Shown here in pieces: positions 28,370 through 37,201 of a stretch of DNA of 64,000 nt (position 1 is its first letter; the number at the start of each line of letters is the position of its first letter). Both the position numbers and the translations under genes were made by a program. Origin of the DNA: an uncultured Lentisphaerota bacterium (GTDB lineage: Bacteria; Verrucomicrobiota; Lentisphaeria; Oligosphaerales; CAITYL01); the NCBI GenBank assembly GCA_903921725.1, contig CAIXRA010000076.1:29040-93039 (forward strand). Reading direction: 5' to 3'. Below the pieces are notes generated by a model. The model saw only the letters and a list, made by a program, of their open reading frames with translations, searched no databases and was not told the origin of the DNA.

Positions 28370-29146
28370 CTACTCCTCCGCCCAGGGCGGCATGTGGCGC
28401 GAGGCGTGATGCAGTTTCCGGCGGATGCCGAGCGCATACGGCTCCCGCCGTTCCACCTCGTCCCAGAAGCGCTCCGAATGATCCAGGTGCAGCGTGTGGC
28501 AGAGCTCGTGGACCATGACGTAGCGCACCTGCACCGCCGGCAGGAACAACAGCTTCGCGTTCAGACAGATCCGGCCGGCCGGCGAACAACTCCCCCAGCG
28601 GCTCGCCATCAGGCGGACGGTTACATTTCCTAATTGGGATTTTCGATTTCCTGTTTTGTCCGGGGTGAGGCCGCACTCCGCGGCCACGCGCGCCAGCCAC
28701 GGCGGCAGCACCGCCTTTGCGCACTCGAGAAGCCAGCGCCGCAGCGCGAGCCGTGCGGAGTCCGCATCGTCCGCGAACAGCCGGAGCGTCCGGGTCGCGG
28801 CGTCCGTTTCCCAGCCGGCGCGGCCGTGGCGGAGTCCGCACCGCTCGACGCGCCACGATTCCTCCAGCGCGCGGAATTCGACCGTCTCCGGAAGTTCCGC
28901 CGCCGTCTCCGGCCGCATCGCCGCCAGCCGCATCCCGATCTTCACCCAGGCCGCCTCGACCCAAGCCTGTTTCTCGCGCACAAACCCGCGCGCCGACTCC
29001 GGCTTCACCCGCGCCGGCAACACCAGCACCACGCCCTCCTGCGGCGAAACCTCCAGCCGCACCCGCCGTGCCCGGTGGCTGACGCGCACCGTGTACAGCG
29101 GCAGTCCGTCCGCATCCCGCGGAAGCTGGCCGGAAACAAGCGTCAT
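28370..29146 (-). CDS. YgjP/DUF45-like zinc metallohydrolase (SprT/M48-like)
   Basis: SRWGSCS, ICLN, YVMVHELCH...HSERFW. Confidence 0.88.
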   Translation of the reverse strand: MTLVSGQLPRDADGLPLYTVRVSHRARRVRLEVSPQEGVVLVLPARVKPESARGFVREKQAWVEAAWVKIGMRLAAMRPETAAELPETVEFRALEESWRVERCGLRHGRAGWETDAATRTLRLFADDADSARLALRRWLLECAKAVLPPWLARVAAECGLTPDKTGNRKSQLGNVTVRLMASRWGSCSPAGRICLNAKLLFLPAVQVRYVMVHELCHTLHLDHSERFWDEVERREPYALGIRRKLHHASRHMPPWAEE

Positions 29147-29868
29147 GGCGCCCCCGACGATTCTTTTGTCAGGTCATCGGCAGTGAGAAGCTTGCCGTTC
29201 TGGTAATGGCAACGCTCGGTCAGTGTTCCGTCCCATGGATTCCACCGCTCATCAAGGCCGTGCCGGACAAGCTTGCCGCCGGCATCCGTGTAGGCGTGGA
29301 AACGCCACATCGGCCGCCCGTCGGGGAAAAAGAAGGTATAGCAGGCGGTCCCGCCGCCGGCGGCTTCAATTTTCGGCATCTCCAGCGTGGCCAATGCGGC
29401 AAGCGTGCGCTCCCATTTTTCCAGATCATTCCTGACAAGCGACAACTGTTGGACATAATCAATGGCACCAGAATCTGCGTTGGCATACCGCCATAGCGCC
29501 AAAAGGTGCCGGGCCATCCGTTCCCGCAGCGCGGGCGATGCCTCCACTGCACGCCAAAAGTCCGCCATTCCATGGATTTGGGCACAGGCGCCGCTGAATG
29601 TGTAGATCACGCACATCCCGGGCGTGGTAATGCCAACCGTCCGCCATTCCGGATTGGCATTCCGGAGATAGTCGGCCGGAAGCGCGTCCGTCACCGGACT
29701 GTTTTCCGTCCGGCGGTACACCGGGCAGAAAAGCAGGCAGAGGGAATTACGTATTCTGCCGGTGGAAATGTCCACTTCGATGCGCCGGCAGTTGGCCGTC
29801 GGCAAGACGCCCTGCACGACCAGCAGAAGGACGACGACCGCAAGCAGTGCAACGCCGGCACGTTTCAT
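29143..29868 (-). CDS. Hypothetical membrane-anchored protein with C-terminal MORN-variant-like repeat, lower GC
   Basis: N-terminal hydrophobic segment; C-terminal HGLDERWNPWDGTLTERCHYQNGK; ATGA overlap with the next gene. Confidence 0.6.
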   Translation of the reverse strand: MKRAGVALLAVVVLLLVVQGVLPTANCRRIEVDISTGRIRNSLCLLFCPVYRRTENSPVTDALPADYLRNANPEWRTVGITTPGMCVIYTFSGACAQIHGMADFWRAVEASPALRERMARHLLALWRYANADSGAIDYVQQLSLVRNDLEKWERTLAALATLEMPKIEAAGGGTACYTFFFPDGRPMWRFHAYTDAGGKLVRHGLDERWNPWDGTLTERCHYQNGKLLTADDLTKESSGAP

Positions 29869-29902
29869 GTCCCGTTCCTCCTGCCTGCCGCCCGCCGCCG
29901 GC

Positions 29903-31933
29903 TCACTCCCCGGCCGGCGGGGTGCGCTCGAGCTCTTCGCCGGAGCGGACGAGGCGGGCGCTGTTGAAGACGACGGCGAGGCTGCCGATGCTGTGCAGGA
30001 CGGCCGCGGCGATCGGGGTCAGGACGCCGACGGTGGAGAGGTAGAGGCCGCCGAGGATGACCAGCAGGCCGAGCAGCAGGTTCTGGTTCATCAGGCGGCG
30101 GGTGCGGCGGGCCAGCTCGATCAGGAACGGCACGCGGCGCAGGTCGTTGTTCATCAGCGCGACGGAAGCGCTGTGGATCGCCACATCGCTGCCGATGGCG
30201 CCCATGGCGATGCCGACGTCGCCGGCGGCGAGCGCCGGGGCGTCGTTCACGCCGTCGCCGACCACCGCCACGCAGAGGCCGGAGGCGCGCAGTTCGCTGA
30301 CGAACGCGGCCTTCTCCTGCGGCAGGCAGCCGGCGCGGACCTCCTCGATCCCGACCTTCGCGGCGACCTGCTTCGCGACCGCCTCGTTGTCGCCGGTGAC
30401 CATGTACAATTGCTTGACGCCGAGTGCATTGAGGCGTTCAATGGCCTCCTTCGCGGCGGGGCGGACGGCGTCGCGCAGGCCGATCCAGCCCAGGGTCCGC
30501 GTGCCGCGGGCGACAAAGACCACGCTCATGCCGGCGACGGCCTCGGCGTCGGGCGGCGGCGCACTGATGCCGAGCTCGGCGAGCCAGGTCGCGCGGCCGA
30601 CGCGGAAGGTTTCGCCGCCGATCACGGCCGCGACGCCCTTGCCCGGGACCTCCTGGTAGTCGCCCGGCTGTTCCCAGGTGATGCCGACCTGTTCGGCGAG
30701 CCGGCGCAGCGCCTGCGCGGCGGGATGGTTGCTGTGCGCCTCGGCGGAGGCGGCGGTCTGCATCAGTTCGGCGGGCTCGACGCCGGGGAGCGGGTGCAGC
30801 TTGGCGACCTCGAGGTTGCCCTCGGTCAGCGTGCCGGTCTTGTCGAACACCACGGCCTTCAGCTTCGCGGCCAGCTCCAGGTGCGTCACGTCCTTGATCA
30901 GGATGCCGAGGCGCGCGGCGGCGGCGATGGCGGCGATGACGGCCGACGGGGTGGCGACGACCAGGGCGCAGGGGCAGGCGATGACGAGCACGGCGATGAC
31001 GCGCTGGAGGTCGTGCGTGAAGAGCCAGACGAGCGCGACCAGCGTCAGGATCGTCGGCGTGTAGTAGCCGACGTAGCGGTCGACCATGCGCATGAGCGGC
31101 AGGCGGGAGCTTTCCGCGGCGACGATGAGGTCGCGCACCTTGCCGAGCGTGGTGTCCTTGCCGATGCGGGTGACGCGCACGTCCACCAGCCCGGTCAGGT
31201 TCTGCGTGCCGGCGAAGACCTCGCCGCCGGGCGCCTTGTCCGCCGGCAGCGACTCGCCGGTGATGGTGGCCTGGTTGACGGTGCTGCTGCCGGAGACGAT
31301 GACGCCGTCGGCGCCGAAGTTCTCGCCGGGGCGGATGCGGATGACGTCGCCGACCCGCAGCTCCAGCACGTCGAGAGACTCTTCGGCCCCGCTTTCCGCG
31401 TTCACCCGGCGGGCCTGCCGCGGCGTGAGGCGGATGAGCGACTCGATGGAGCTTTCGGCGCCGATGGCCGTGCGCTTCTCGAGCATGATGGAGATGAGCA
31501 TGATGAAGGCGACGGCGCCGGCCGTGCGGTAGTCGTGCGCCGCGAACGCCGCCAGCAGCGCCAGCGCGACCAGCTCGTTCATGTACACCTTGCCGCGGAG
31601 CAGGTCCTTGACGGCGGACCACCAGATCGGGACGGAGAGTATGAGGGCGCCCAAGAGCGCGCTGTACTCGGCGGCCCGCGGGTCGATGACGCCGGCAAAG
31701 AACAGCTCGGCGACGTATGAGTTCAGGACCAGGACGCCGCCAGCCAGCGCGACGGCCAGCGCGATGCGTCCGCCGCGCGTCCGCGTGTCCGGCACCTTGT
31801 CCGGCCCGCAGCAGGGGCAGACGGCGCCCGGCGCATGGTTGTGCACCGGAGCCGCGGCGGACCCGTGCTCCGGCCCGCAGGCGCAGGCCCCCGCCTTCTC
31901 CGCCATGCTCTCACTGAGTTTCTTTCCCAGCAT
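29903..31933 (-). CDS. P1B-type heavy-metal-translocating ATPase
   Basis: Cys/His-rich N-terminus, TGES, CPCAL, DKTGTLT, HP, GDGVNDAP; final TM AAVLHSIGSLAVVFNS. Confidence 0.93.
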   Translation of the reverse strand: MLGKKLSESMAEKAGACACGPEHGSAAAPVHNHAPGAVCPCCGPDKVPDTRTRGGRIALAVALAGGVLVLNSYVAELFFAGVIDPRAAEYSALLGALILSVPIWWSAVKDLLRGKVYMNELVALALLAAFAAHDYRTAGAVAFIMLISIMLEKRTAIGAESSIESLIRLTPRQARRVNAESGAEESLDVLELRVGDVIRIRPGENFGADGVIVSGSSTVNQATITGESLPADKAPGGEVFAGTQNLTGLVDVRVTRIGKDTTLGKVRDLIVAAESSRLPLMRMVDRYVGYYTPTILTLVALVWLFTHDLQRVIAVLVIACPCALVVATPSAVIAAIAAAARLGILIKDVTHLELAAKLKAVVFDKTGTLTEGNLEVAKLHPLPGVEPAELMQTAASAEAHSNHPAAQALRRLAEQVGITWEQPGDYQEVPGKGVAAVIGGETFRVGRATWLAELGISAPPPDAEAVAGMSVVFVARGTRTLGWIGLRDAVRPAAKEAIERLNALGVKQLYMVTGDNEAVAKQVAAKVGIEEVRAGCLPQEKAAFVSELRASGLCVAVVGDGVNDAPALAAGDVGIAMGAIGSDVAIHSASVALMNNDLRRVPFLIELARRTRRLMNQNLLLGLLVILGGLYLSTVGVLTPIAAAVLHSIGSLAVVFNSARLVRSGEELERTPPAGE

Positions 31934-32093
31934 GAAAAACTCCCCCAAAATCATCACCCGCTTGAACGACGGTCGGCAGAGGAAACAGAGAGAAGCCCAT
32001 TGCGGTTCTTCCCCACTCCGTTTCTTCCTGCAAGAGGTTTCCGAATTCACATCCCTTTGCGTCTTTGCGCCTTCTGTTCACATGAGGCGGGGC

Positions 32094-33266
32094 TTACGGC
32101 CCCTCCGCCGCTTTCGGCTTCTCCGGCTCCGCCCCGAGCAGGAGGCGGAGTTCTGCGTTGTTGTCCGGGCGGGAATGGATGACATATTTGGTCTCCGCCC
32201 GGTTCAGCACGTCGCGAATGGTGTCGGTGTAGAGCGATATGAGCATGGTTTTCGGCGACTTGCGGTATTCGGCCAGCACCGTATTGAAATAGAGGGAGGA
32301 GGCCTTGACCGACTCGACGGTGCTGGTGCGGTAGGCGCGGGCGGTGGCCAGAATCTGGGAGGCGTGCCCCCCGGCCTCGGTGACGATGCGCTTCTCGTCG
32401 GCCAGCATCTTGTCGATCTCCGTCTGCTTGTCCGTGGCGGCGGCGAGAACATCGCGGAAGGCGAGCTGGACGCAGAGCGGGGGCTGGACTTCGGCCAGGC
32501 TGACCTGCTGGATCTCGATGCCGGCCTTCAGCTCGTCCAGGCGCGCCGTCACGCGGCGGCGCACGGCGCTGGTCAGCGGCTCGCGCGGGGCCTGCCCCTC
32601 GGCGAGAAGCGCGGCGCTCTCCGGCGAACGGGTAAGAAAAAGCGCATCCTCAACGGTGCGCGTGGCCACCTCGGAGAGCACGGCGCCGGCCAAGGCGTCC
32701 TCGATGAAGATGTCGATCCCGCGGCGGGCGCGCGGCGCCGGCGGCTTGCCGGAAGCGTCCGGCTGGTCCTGGCGGAAGGCCAGGTAGTAGCGTTTCACGT
32801 CGGAGACGCGGTAGGTCATGGTCCAGACCATGTGCAGGATGTTGGCGTCGCCGGTGAGCAGGTAGCCGTCGGCCCCCGGCGCCAGCGGCTGGATGGCGGA
32901 GGAAAGCCCCGGATTCTGGAGCTGGTTCGGGTTCGTCTGCGGCCAGAAGGCCTGCTTCGTGCTGACGGTGATGGAGCGCGAGGCCGGAACCTTCTCCACG
33001 CGGTCAATCGGGTACGGGAAGGCCCAGTACCAGGTGCCGCTGCGCAGGACATCCTGTCCCTCCTTCTGGATGAGCTTGCCGAAGCGGAACAGCATGGCCG
33101 CCTTGTCCTGCTCGACGTAGAACATGCCGCCGAACACCAGGTACGCGAGCATGACGACCAGCAGCACGCGAAGCCCGCCGAAGAAGAAGCCGACCATGCG
33201 GACGAGCGCGGACATGCCCTCGCCGGCCGGCTCGCCGTCATGCTGGGTTGGAATGGGTGGGTTCAT
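32094..33266 (-). CDS. SPFH/band-7 protein, HflK-like
   Basis: TM, LFRFGK, WAFPYPIDRV, YLLTGDANI, GIEIQQV, VQPP..VQLAFRDV, AGGHASQI..ARAY. Confidence 0.85.
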   Translation of the reverse strand: MNPPIPTQHDGEPAGEGMSALVRMVGFFFGGLRVLLVVMLAYLVFGGMFYVEQDKAAMLFRFGKLIQKEGQDVLRSGTWYWAFPYPIDRVEKVPASRSITVSTKQAFWPQTNPNQLQNPGLSSAIQPLAPGADGYLLTGDANILHMVWTMTYRVSDVKRYYLAFRQDQPDASGKPPAPRARRGIDIFIEDALAGAVLSEVATRTVEDALFLTRSPESAALLAEGQAPREPLTSAVRRRVTARLDELKAGIEIQQVSLAEVQPPLCVQLAFRDVLAAATDKQTEIDKMLADEKRIVTEAGGHASQILATARAYRTSTVESVKASSLYFNTVLAEYRKSPKTMLISLYTDTIRDVLNRAETKYVIHSRPDNNAELRLLLGAEPEKPKAAEGP

Positions 33267-33318
33267 GGCTATTTTTCCGATTTGAACGTTCGGATTTCCG
33301 GTTGACGGAGAATGCGTT

Positions 33319-34314
33319 TTACTTTTTCTCCGGTACGGCGGCAGGCGGCGGCCGTGCGGGACCCGCGGCCGGCTGCAGCTCGGTCGCGCCGGGCTGGAGC
33401 AGGTCGAACGGCGCGGTGCGCGTGTCCAGCACCAGCGTGGTCTTCTCGGTGACCATCGAGCGGAGCGACTCCAGCTTGCGCAGGAAGGCGGCCAGCTCCG
33501 GCGCCTGGCCGAACACCGCGTAATACTCCGCCGCGGCGCGGTCGCCCTCGCCCCGGATTCCCTTCGCCTCGCTCTCGGCCGTGGTCAGAAGCTCGCTCGC
33601 CGTCAGTTTCGCGCGCTCCTCGATCTGGCGCGCGGCCAGCCGGCCCTCGTCGCGGTACGCCTTCGACTTGCGCTCGCGCTCGGCCTGCATGCGGGCGAAG
33701 ATCTTGCCCGTCACATCCTCCGGCACGCCGATCTGCTTGAAGCCGGTGAAGACGACCTCGATGCCGTATTTCTCCCGCGCCTGTCCCTGCACCGCCGTCA
33801 GGATTTCCTTCTCGATCTCCGGCAGCTTCACCTTGGCGGGGTCGACGTTCACCAGCTCCGTCAGGTTGTGCCGGCCGAGCACGTTCAGCCGCGCGCTGCG
33901 CACGATGTCGTCCAGCTTCTGCTCCGCGGACGCGGTGTCCTTCACCGCTTTGAGGAAGACCGCCGGGTCGCCCACGCGCCAGAGCACGTAGGTGGTGACG
34001 ATGATCTGGTACTCGTCGGCCGTCGGGATCTGCTCCACCTGGCCGCGCGTCAGCTCGTACGACTGAATCCGCCCGTCGTGCTTCCACACCGTTTCCACCG
34101 GATACGGCCACTTGACGTGCAGCCCCGGCGGATAGACCTTGATTGCCTCCGCGCCGTTGACCGCTTCCGCGCGCGGTTTGTCAAAGCGCATGACCACGGC
34201 CAGCTCGTTCTCGTCCACCTGGAACACCACCAGCGCCGTCCCAAAAAACGCCGCCACCAGAACGCCCAGCGTCATCGCCGGCCAATGCTGCCAAAGCTTG
34301 CGGTTGTCTGCCAT
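33319..34314 (-). CDS. SPFH/band-7 protein, HflC-like
   Basis: VFQVDENELAVVMRF, PGLHVKWPYP, YGIEV, IFARMQAER, IRGEG, FLRKLESL. Confidence 0.88.
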   Translation of the reverse strand: MADNRKLWQHWPAMTLGVLVAAFFGTALVVFQVDENELAVVMRFDKPRAEAVNGAEAIKVYPPGLHVKWPYPVETVWKHDGRIQSYELTRGQVEQIPTADEYQIIVTTYVLWRVGDPAVFLKAVKDTASAEQKLDDIVRSARLNVLGRHNLTELVNVDPAKVKLPEIEKEILTAVQGQAREKYGIEVVFTGFKQIGVPEDVTGKIFARMQAERERKSKAYRDEGRLAARQIEERAKLTASELLTTAESEAKGIRGEGDRAAAEYYAVFGQAPELAAFLRKLESLRSMVTEKTTLVLDTRTAPFDLLQPGATELQPAAGPARPPPAAVPEKK

Positions 34315-34451
34315 GTCTGCTCTCCCTGTCAACGTTTTTCCGCACTGAAATTTATTGATCCAACACTAAGCCTGAAGTTCAAAATGGACGGTCACGGACG
34401 CCGCACAGATAATCACAGACCGCCGCGCAGTTTTACGCCCTCACGTTTCAA

Positions 34452-34701
34452 TTCTTCCGATCGTCCATCTTTCCGCGCTTCCACACCTCCACCTTCCCAC
34501 ACTTCGCGCTTCCATCTTTCCGCACTTCCGTTCTTCCGTCTTTCCACACTTCGCACTTCCGGCTTGCCACACTTCCGTTCTTCCGTCTTTCCACACTTCG
34601 CACTTCCGGCTTGCCACACTTCCGTTCTTCCGTCTTTCCACACTTCCGCACTTCCGGCTTGCCACGCTTCCGTTCTTCCGTCTTTCCGTTCTTCCGTTCC
34701 G
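34452..34701. repeat. Octamer-based tandem repeat with ~47-bp higher-order unit
   Basis: ACTTCCGT TCTTCCGT CTTTCCAC ACTTCGC ACTTCCGG CTTGCCAC at 34524-34570 and 34571-34617, a 48-bp copy at 34618-34665, a partial fourth copy, and degenerate octamers to the left. Confidence 0.9.
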
Positions 34702-36669
34702 TTACTTGCCCGGTTCCGCGCCCGGCGCCTGATCCTTCGTCGGAATCGCCAGATCCATGAGGTCCGGCCGCAGCTTCTTCTGCAGATCCACCTGAATCAC
34801 CTCGCGCCCCTCGGCGGCCACGACGTACTTGCGGGTGTCGCGCGTCGCCGTCTCCAGCACGTCCAGATACGAATAGAGCATGAACAGTTGCGGCGACGCC
34901 CGGTAGGCCAGAAGCTGTTTGCCGAAGCGCGCCGCCTCCGCCTCCGCGACCGCCGTGCGCTCCCCGCGGTAGCCGCGGGCCTGTGAAACCAGCGCCAGCG
35001 CGTCCGCCTCCGAGGTGAGTTTCGCGGTGACCGCGTTCTTCTCCGCCTTCAGCAGTTCCTCATGCTTCTCCTCCAGCGCGCCGACCACGCCGTCGTACGC
35101 CTTGCCGACGCGCACCGGCGGATGGATCCCCTGCAGTCCGACGAACACGATCTCGACGCCGAGCCCGAGGCTGTCGGCGGAGGCCTGGATACGGCTGCGG
35201 AGTTCGCGCCCGCCCGCCTCGCGGTCCGTCGTCAGCAACCGCCGCAGGTCCATGTTCGCCAGGTAGCGCACCACCTCGCGCGTCGCCGTATCCTCCAGCG
35301 ATTTGCGTGCGTCGCCGTGGACGAACTGGTAGGCGTAGAGATCCTTGACCTTGAAGAAGACGGGGATGGCGGCCGACATGAGGTTCAGCGTGACCGGCCC
35401 GCGCCCGCCCGCCGTCACCCCTGCCGCCGCGGCGTCCGCATCGCCGGCCACCAGGAAATTGGCCTCCGACTTGTGGTGTGCGCGGCTCCACACAATCACG
35501 CGCCCCGTCAGGTCGCCCATGAGGCTCTCGTCCAGCTTCGCGTCGGGCTTGCCGACCTCGAAGCCGATCTCCAGCGTCTGGATCTTCTCCACCGGGAAGG
35601 TGCTGATCTTCTCCAGCGGCCAGGGCAGCTTCAGGTGCAGCCCCGGCCCCACCGGCGTGCGGTCGGCGACATGCCCGGAACGGATGCGCAGCCCCGCCTC
35701 TTCGGGCTGCACGACCACGACGCAGGTCATCAGCCAGAGCGCCGCGCCCGCAAAGAGCGCGAACGGCAGCAGCGTCCGCTCCAGAAAACGGTAGAACCAG
35801 CCCTCCGACACGCGGAAGCCGAACTGGTAGTCGAGCGCCGCCGCCACGTTCGCCGCCAAGCCGCCCGGCTCGGTCAGCAGCGCCAGAATCTTGCTCTCAA
35901 AGAGCGGACGATCCTCCTCCTTCGCCCCACGCGGACGGTAGAACTCGAAGACCACGTTGGCGACCATCTCCACCCCCAGCACCATCAGTGCGACGGTGAG
36001 CGCCTTCGCCGCGCGCAGGTCGAGCTTCAGCACCCAGTCCGCCGGATGGTCCGAACGCCCCGTCTGCCAATACACCATCAGCAGCCCCGCGCCCGCCGCC
36101 GCCAGCAGGATCCCCGTGAAATGGAGCCAGGCGCCGCACGGCCGCAGCCAGCGCCCGCCCGCCTCGCGCGACACGCCGGACCAGTAGCTGCCCGCCAGCA
36201 TGCAGCCGATGAACAGCCCGAGCGCCAGCACCGCGTTCTTCAGCGGCGCCACCACGTCCACCGACCCGACCACCGGCTTGTCCCAACCGCCCAGCAACAG
36301 CCAGCCGCCGAAGGCCAGCCCCGCGCCCGCCAGCACCGCCAGCACCGGCAGCACAAATTTCTCGTAGGCCCGCCGCGTCCGCGCCGCCAGCTTCACCGCC
36401 TCGTCCGCGTTCTCGAACAGCTCGCCGCCGGTGTGCCGGCGCCGGAACTCCGCGACCGCGGCCTCCTCCTCCGCCTGCCGCCGCGCCAGGCGCAGCCGCC
36501 AGCCGCCCATCAGGGAAAGCAGCGCCAGCGCGCCCGCCGCCACCACGGCCGGCACCAGCATCGCCGACTTCGCCCCGGAGGCCAGCGCCCCGGCCAGCGC
36601 CGCCAGCACCAGCCCCGCCGCCGCCGCCACAAACGCCAGCCGCTCCGGTTGTTTCAGGTCATTTTTCAT
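34702..36669 (-). CDS. Polytopic membrane protein fused to an HflK-like SPFH domain
   Basis: About 7 N-terminal TMs, then VVVVQPEE.GL...GPGLHLKLPWP, LGVEIVFVGLQGIHPP, AEAARF...YRASP. Confidence 0.85.
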   Translation of the reverse strand: MKNDLKQPERLAFVAAAAGLVLAALAGALASGAKSAMLVPAVVAAGALALLSLMGGWRLRLARRQAEEEAAVAEFRRRHTGGELFENADEAVKLAARTRRAYEKFVLPVLAVLAGAGLAFGGWLLLGGWDKPVVGSVDVVAPLKNAVLALGLFIGCMLAGSYWSGVSREAGGRWLRPCGAWLHFTGILLAAAGAGLLMVYWQTGRSDHPADWVLKLDLRAAKALTVALMVLGVEMVANVVFEFYRPRGAKEEDRPLFESKILALLTEPGGLAANVAAALDYQFGFRVSEGWFYRFLERTLLPFALFAGAALWLMTCVVVVQPEEAGLRIRSGHVADRTPVGPGLHLKLPWPLEKISTFPVEKIQTLEIGFEVGKPDAKLDESLMGDLTGRVIVWSRAHHKSEANFLVAGDADAAAAGVTAGGRGPVTLNLMSAAIPVFFKVKDLYAYQFVHGDARKSLEDTATREVVRYLANMDLRRLLTTDREAGGRELRSRIQASADSLGLGVEIVFVGLQGIHPPVRVGKAYDGVVGALEEKHEELLKAEKNAVTAKLTSEADALALVSQARGYRGERTAVAEAEAARFGKQLLAYRASPQLFMLYSYLDVLETATRDTRKYVVAAEGREVIQVDLQKKLRPDLMDLAIPTKDQAPGAEPGK

Positions 36670-36841
36670 TCACCGCACCGCCTGTGGTTGATCTTGCCGC
36701 CCCCGCTGACGTCATCGACCTCCAAATCAACACGCGCAATCCAGTCAACGACGTCCGCACAAACTTGCCTCACACCATACCCGTTTTCCGCCGCTTCGCA
36801 ACCGCACGCGCGTGAGCGATTATCTAAAAACCCCACCGTCA

Positions 36842-37084
36842 TCAATGCGTGCAAAGCATATGCCCAAAGAAGCCAGCAAATGCCAAAAGCGCCGGGCCTC
36901 CTTGTTTGCCCTTTTCAACGAACGCACAAAACAGCAGGGACGCCATCGTGGCTCCGCAACCAAACAGCCACACAGTTCCACTGATTCTACAGCTCACGAA
37001 AAAGTGCGCAGGAACCGCCAGCAGCGAAAAACCGGCCGCAATGTACGCCAGCCGCCGCATGCCGTCTTTTCGCCATATTTCCAT
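36842..37084 (-). CDS. Small hypothetical membrane protein (80 aa), lower GC
   Basis: Three hydrophobic stretches; ATG 14 bp from the direct-repeat copy, with purine-rich AAGGA upstream. Confidence 0.5.
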   Translation of the reverse strand: MEIWRKDGMRRLAYIAAGFSLLAVPAHFFVSCRISGTVWLFGCGATMASLLFCAFVEKGKQGGPALLAFAGFFGHMLCTH

Positions 37085-37098
37085 CCCGTCCGTCCTTA

Positions 37099-37201
37099 TC
37101 CTTCGCGCCTTTGCACCTTTGCGTTTCCATCTTTAGCCACAGAGGGCACAGAGAGCACAGAGGTGTTCATCTGCGCAATCTGTGTAATCTGTGGATCACC
37201 C
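37099..37201. repeat. 103-bp direct repeat, left copy
   Basis: Matches 37851-37953 with 5 mismatches by hand alignment; contains the TGA of the pilin-like gene. Confidence 0.95.

Noticed and set aside
34452-34701. CRISPR array, or short ORFs (34413..34665) in the repeat
   Set aside because: No unique spacers and no cas genes; the ORFs are translations of the tandem repeat.
36666-36854. 62-aa ORF upstream of the large SPFH gene
   Set aside because: No motif or clear RBS; may just be the promoter/leader region, although its stop overlaps the SPFH start.
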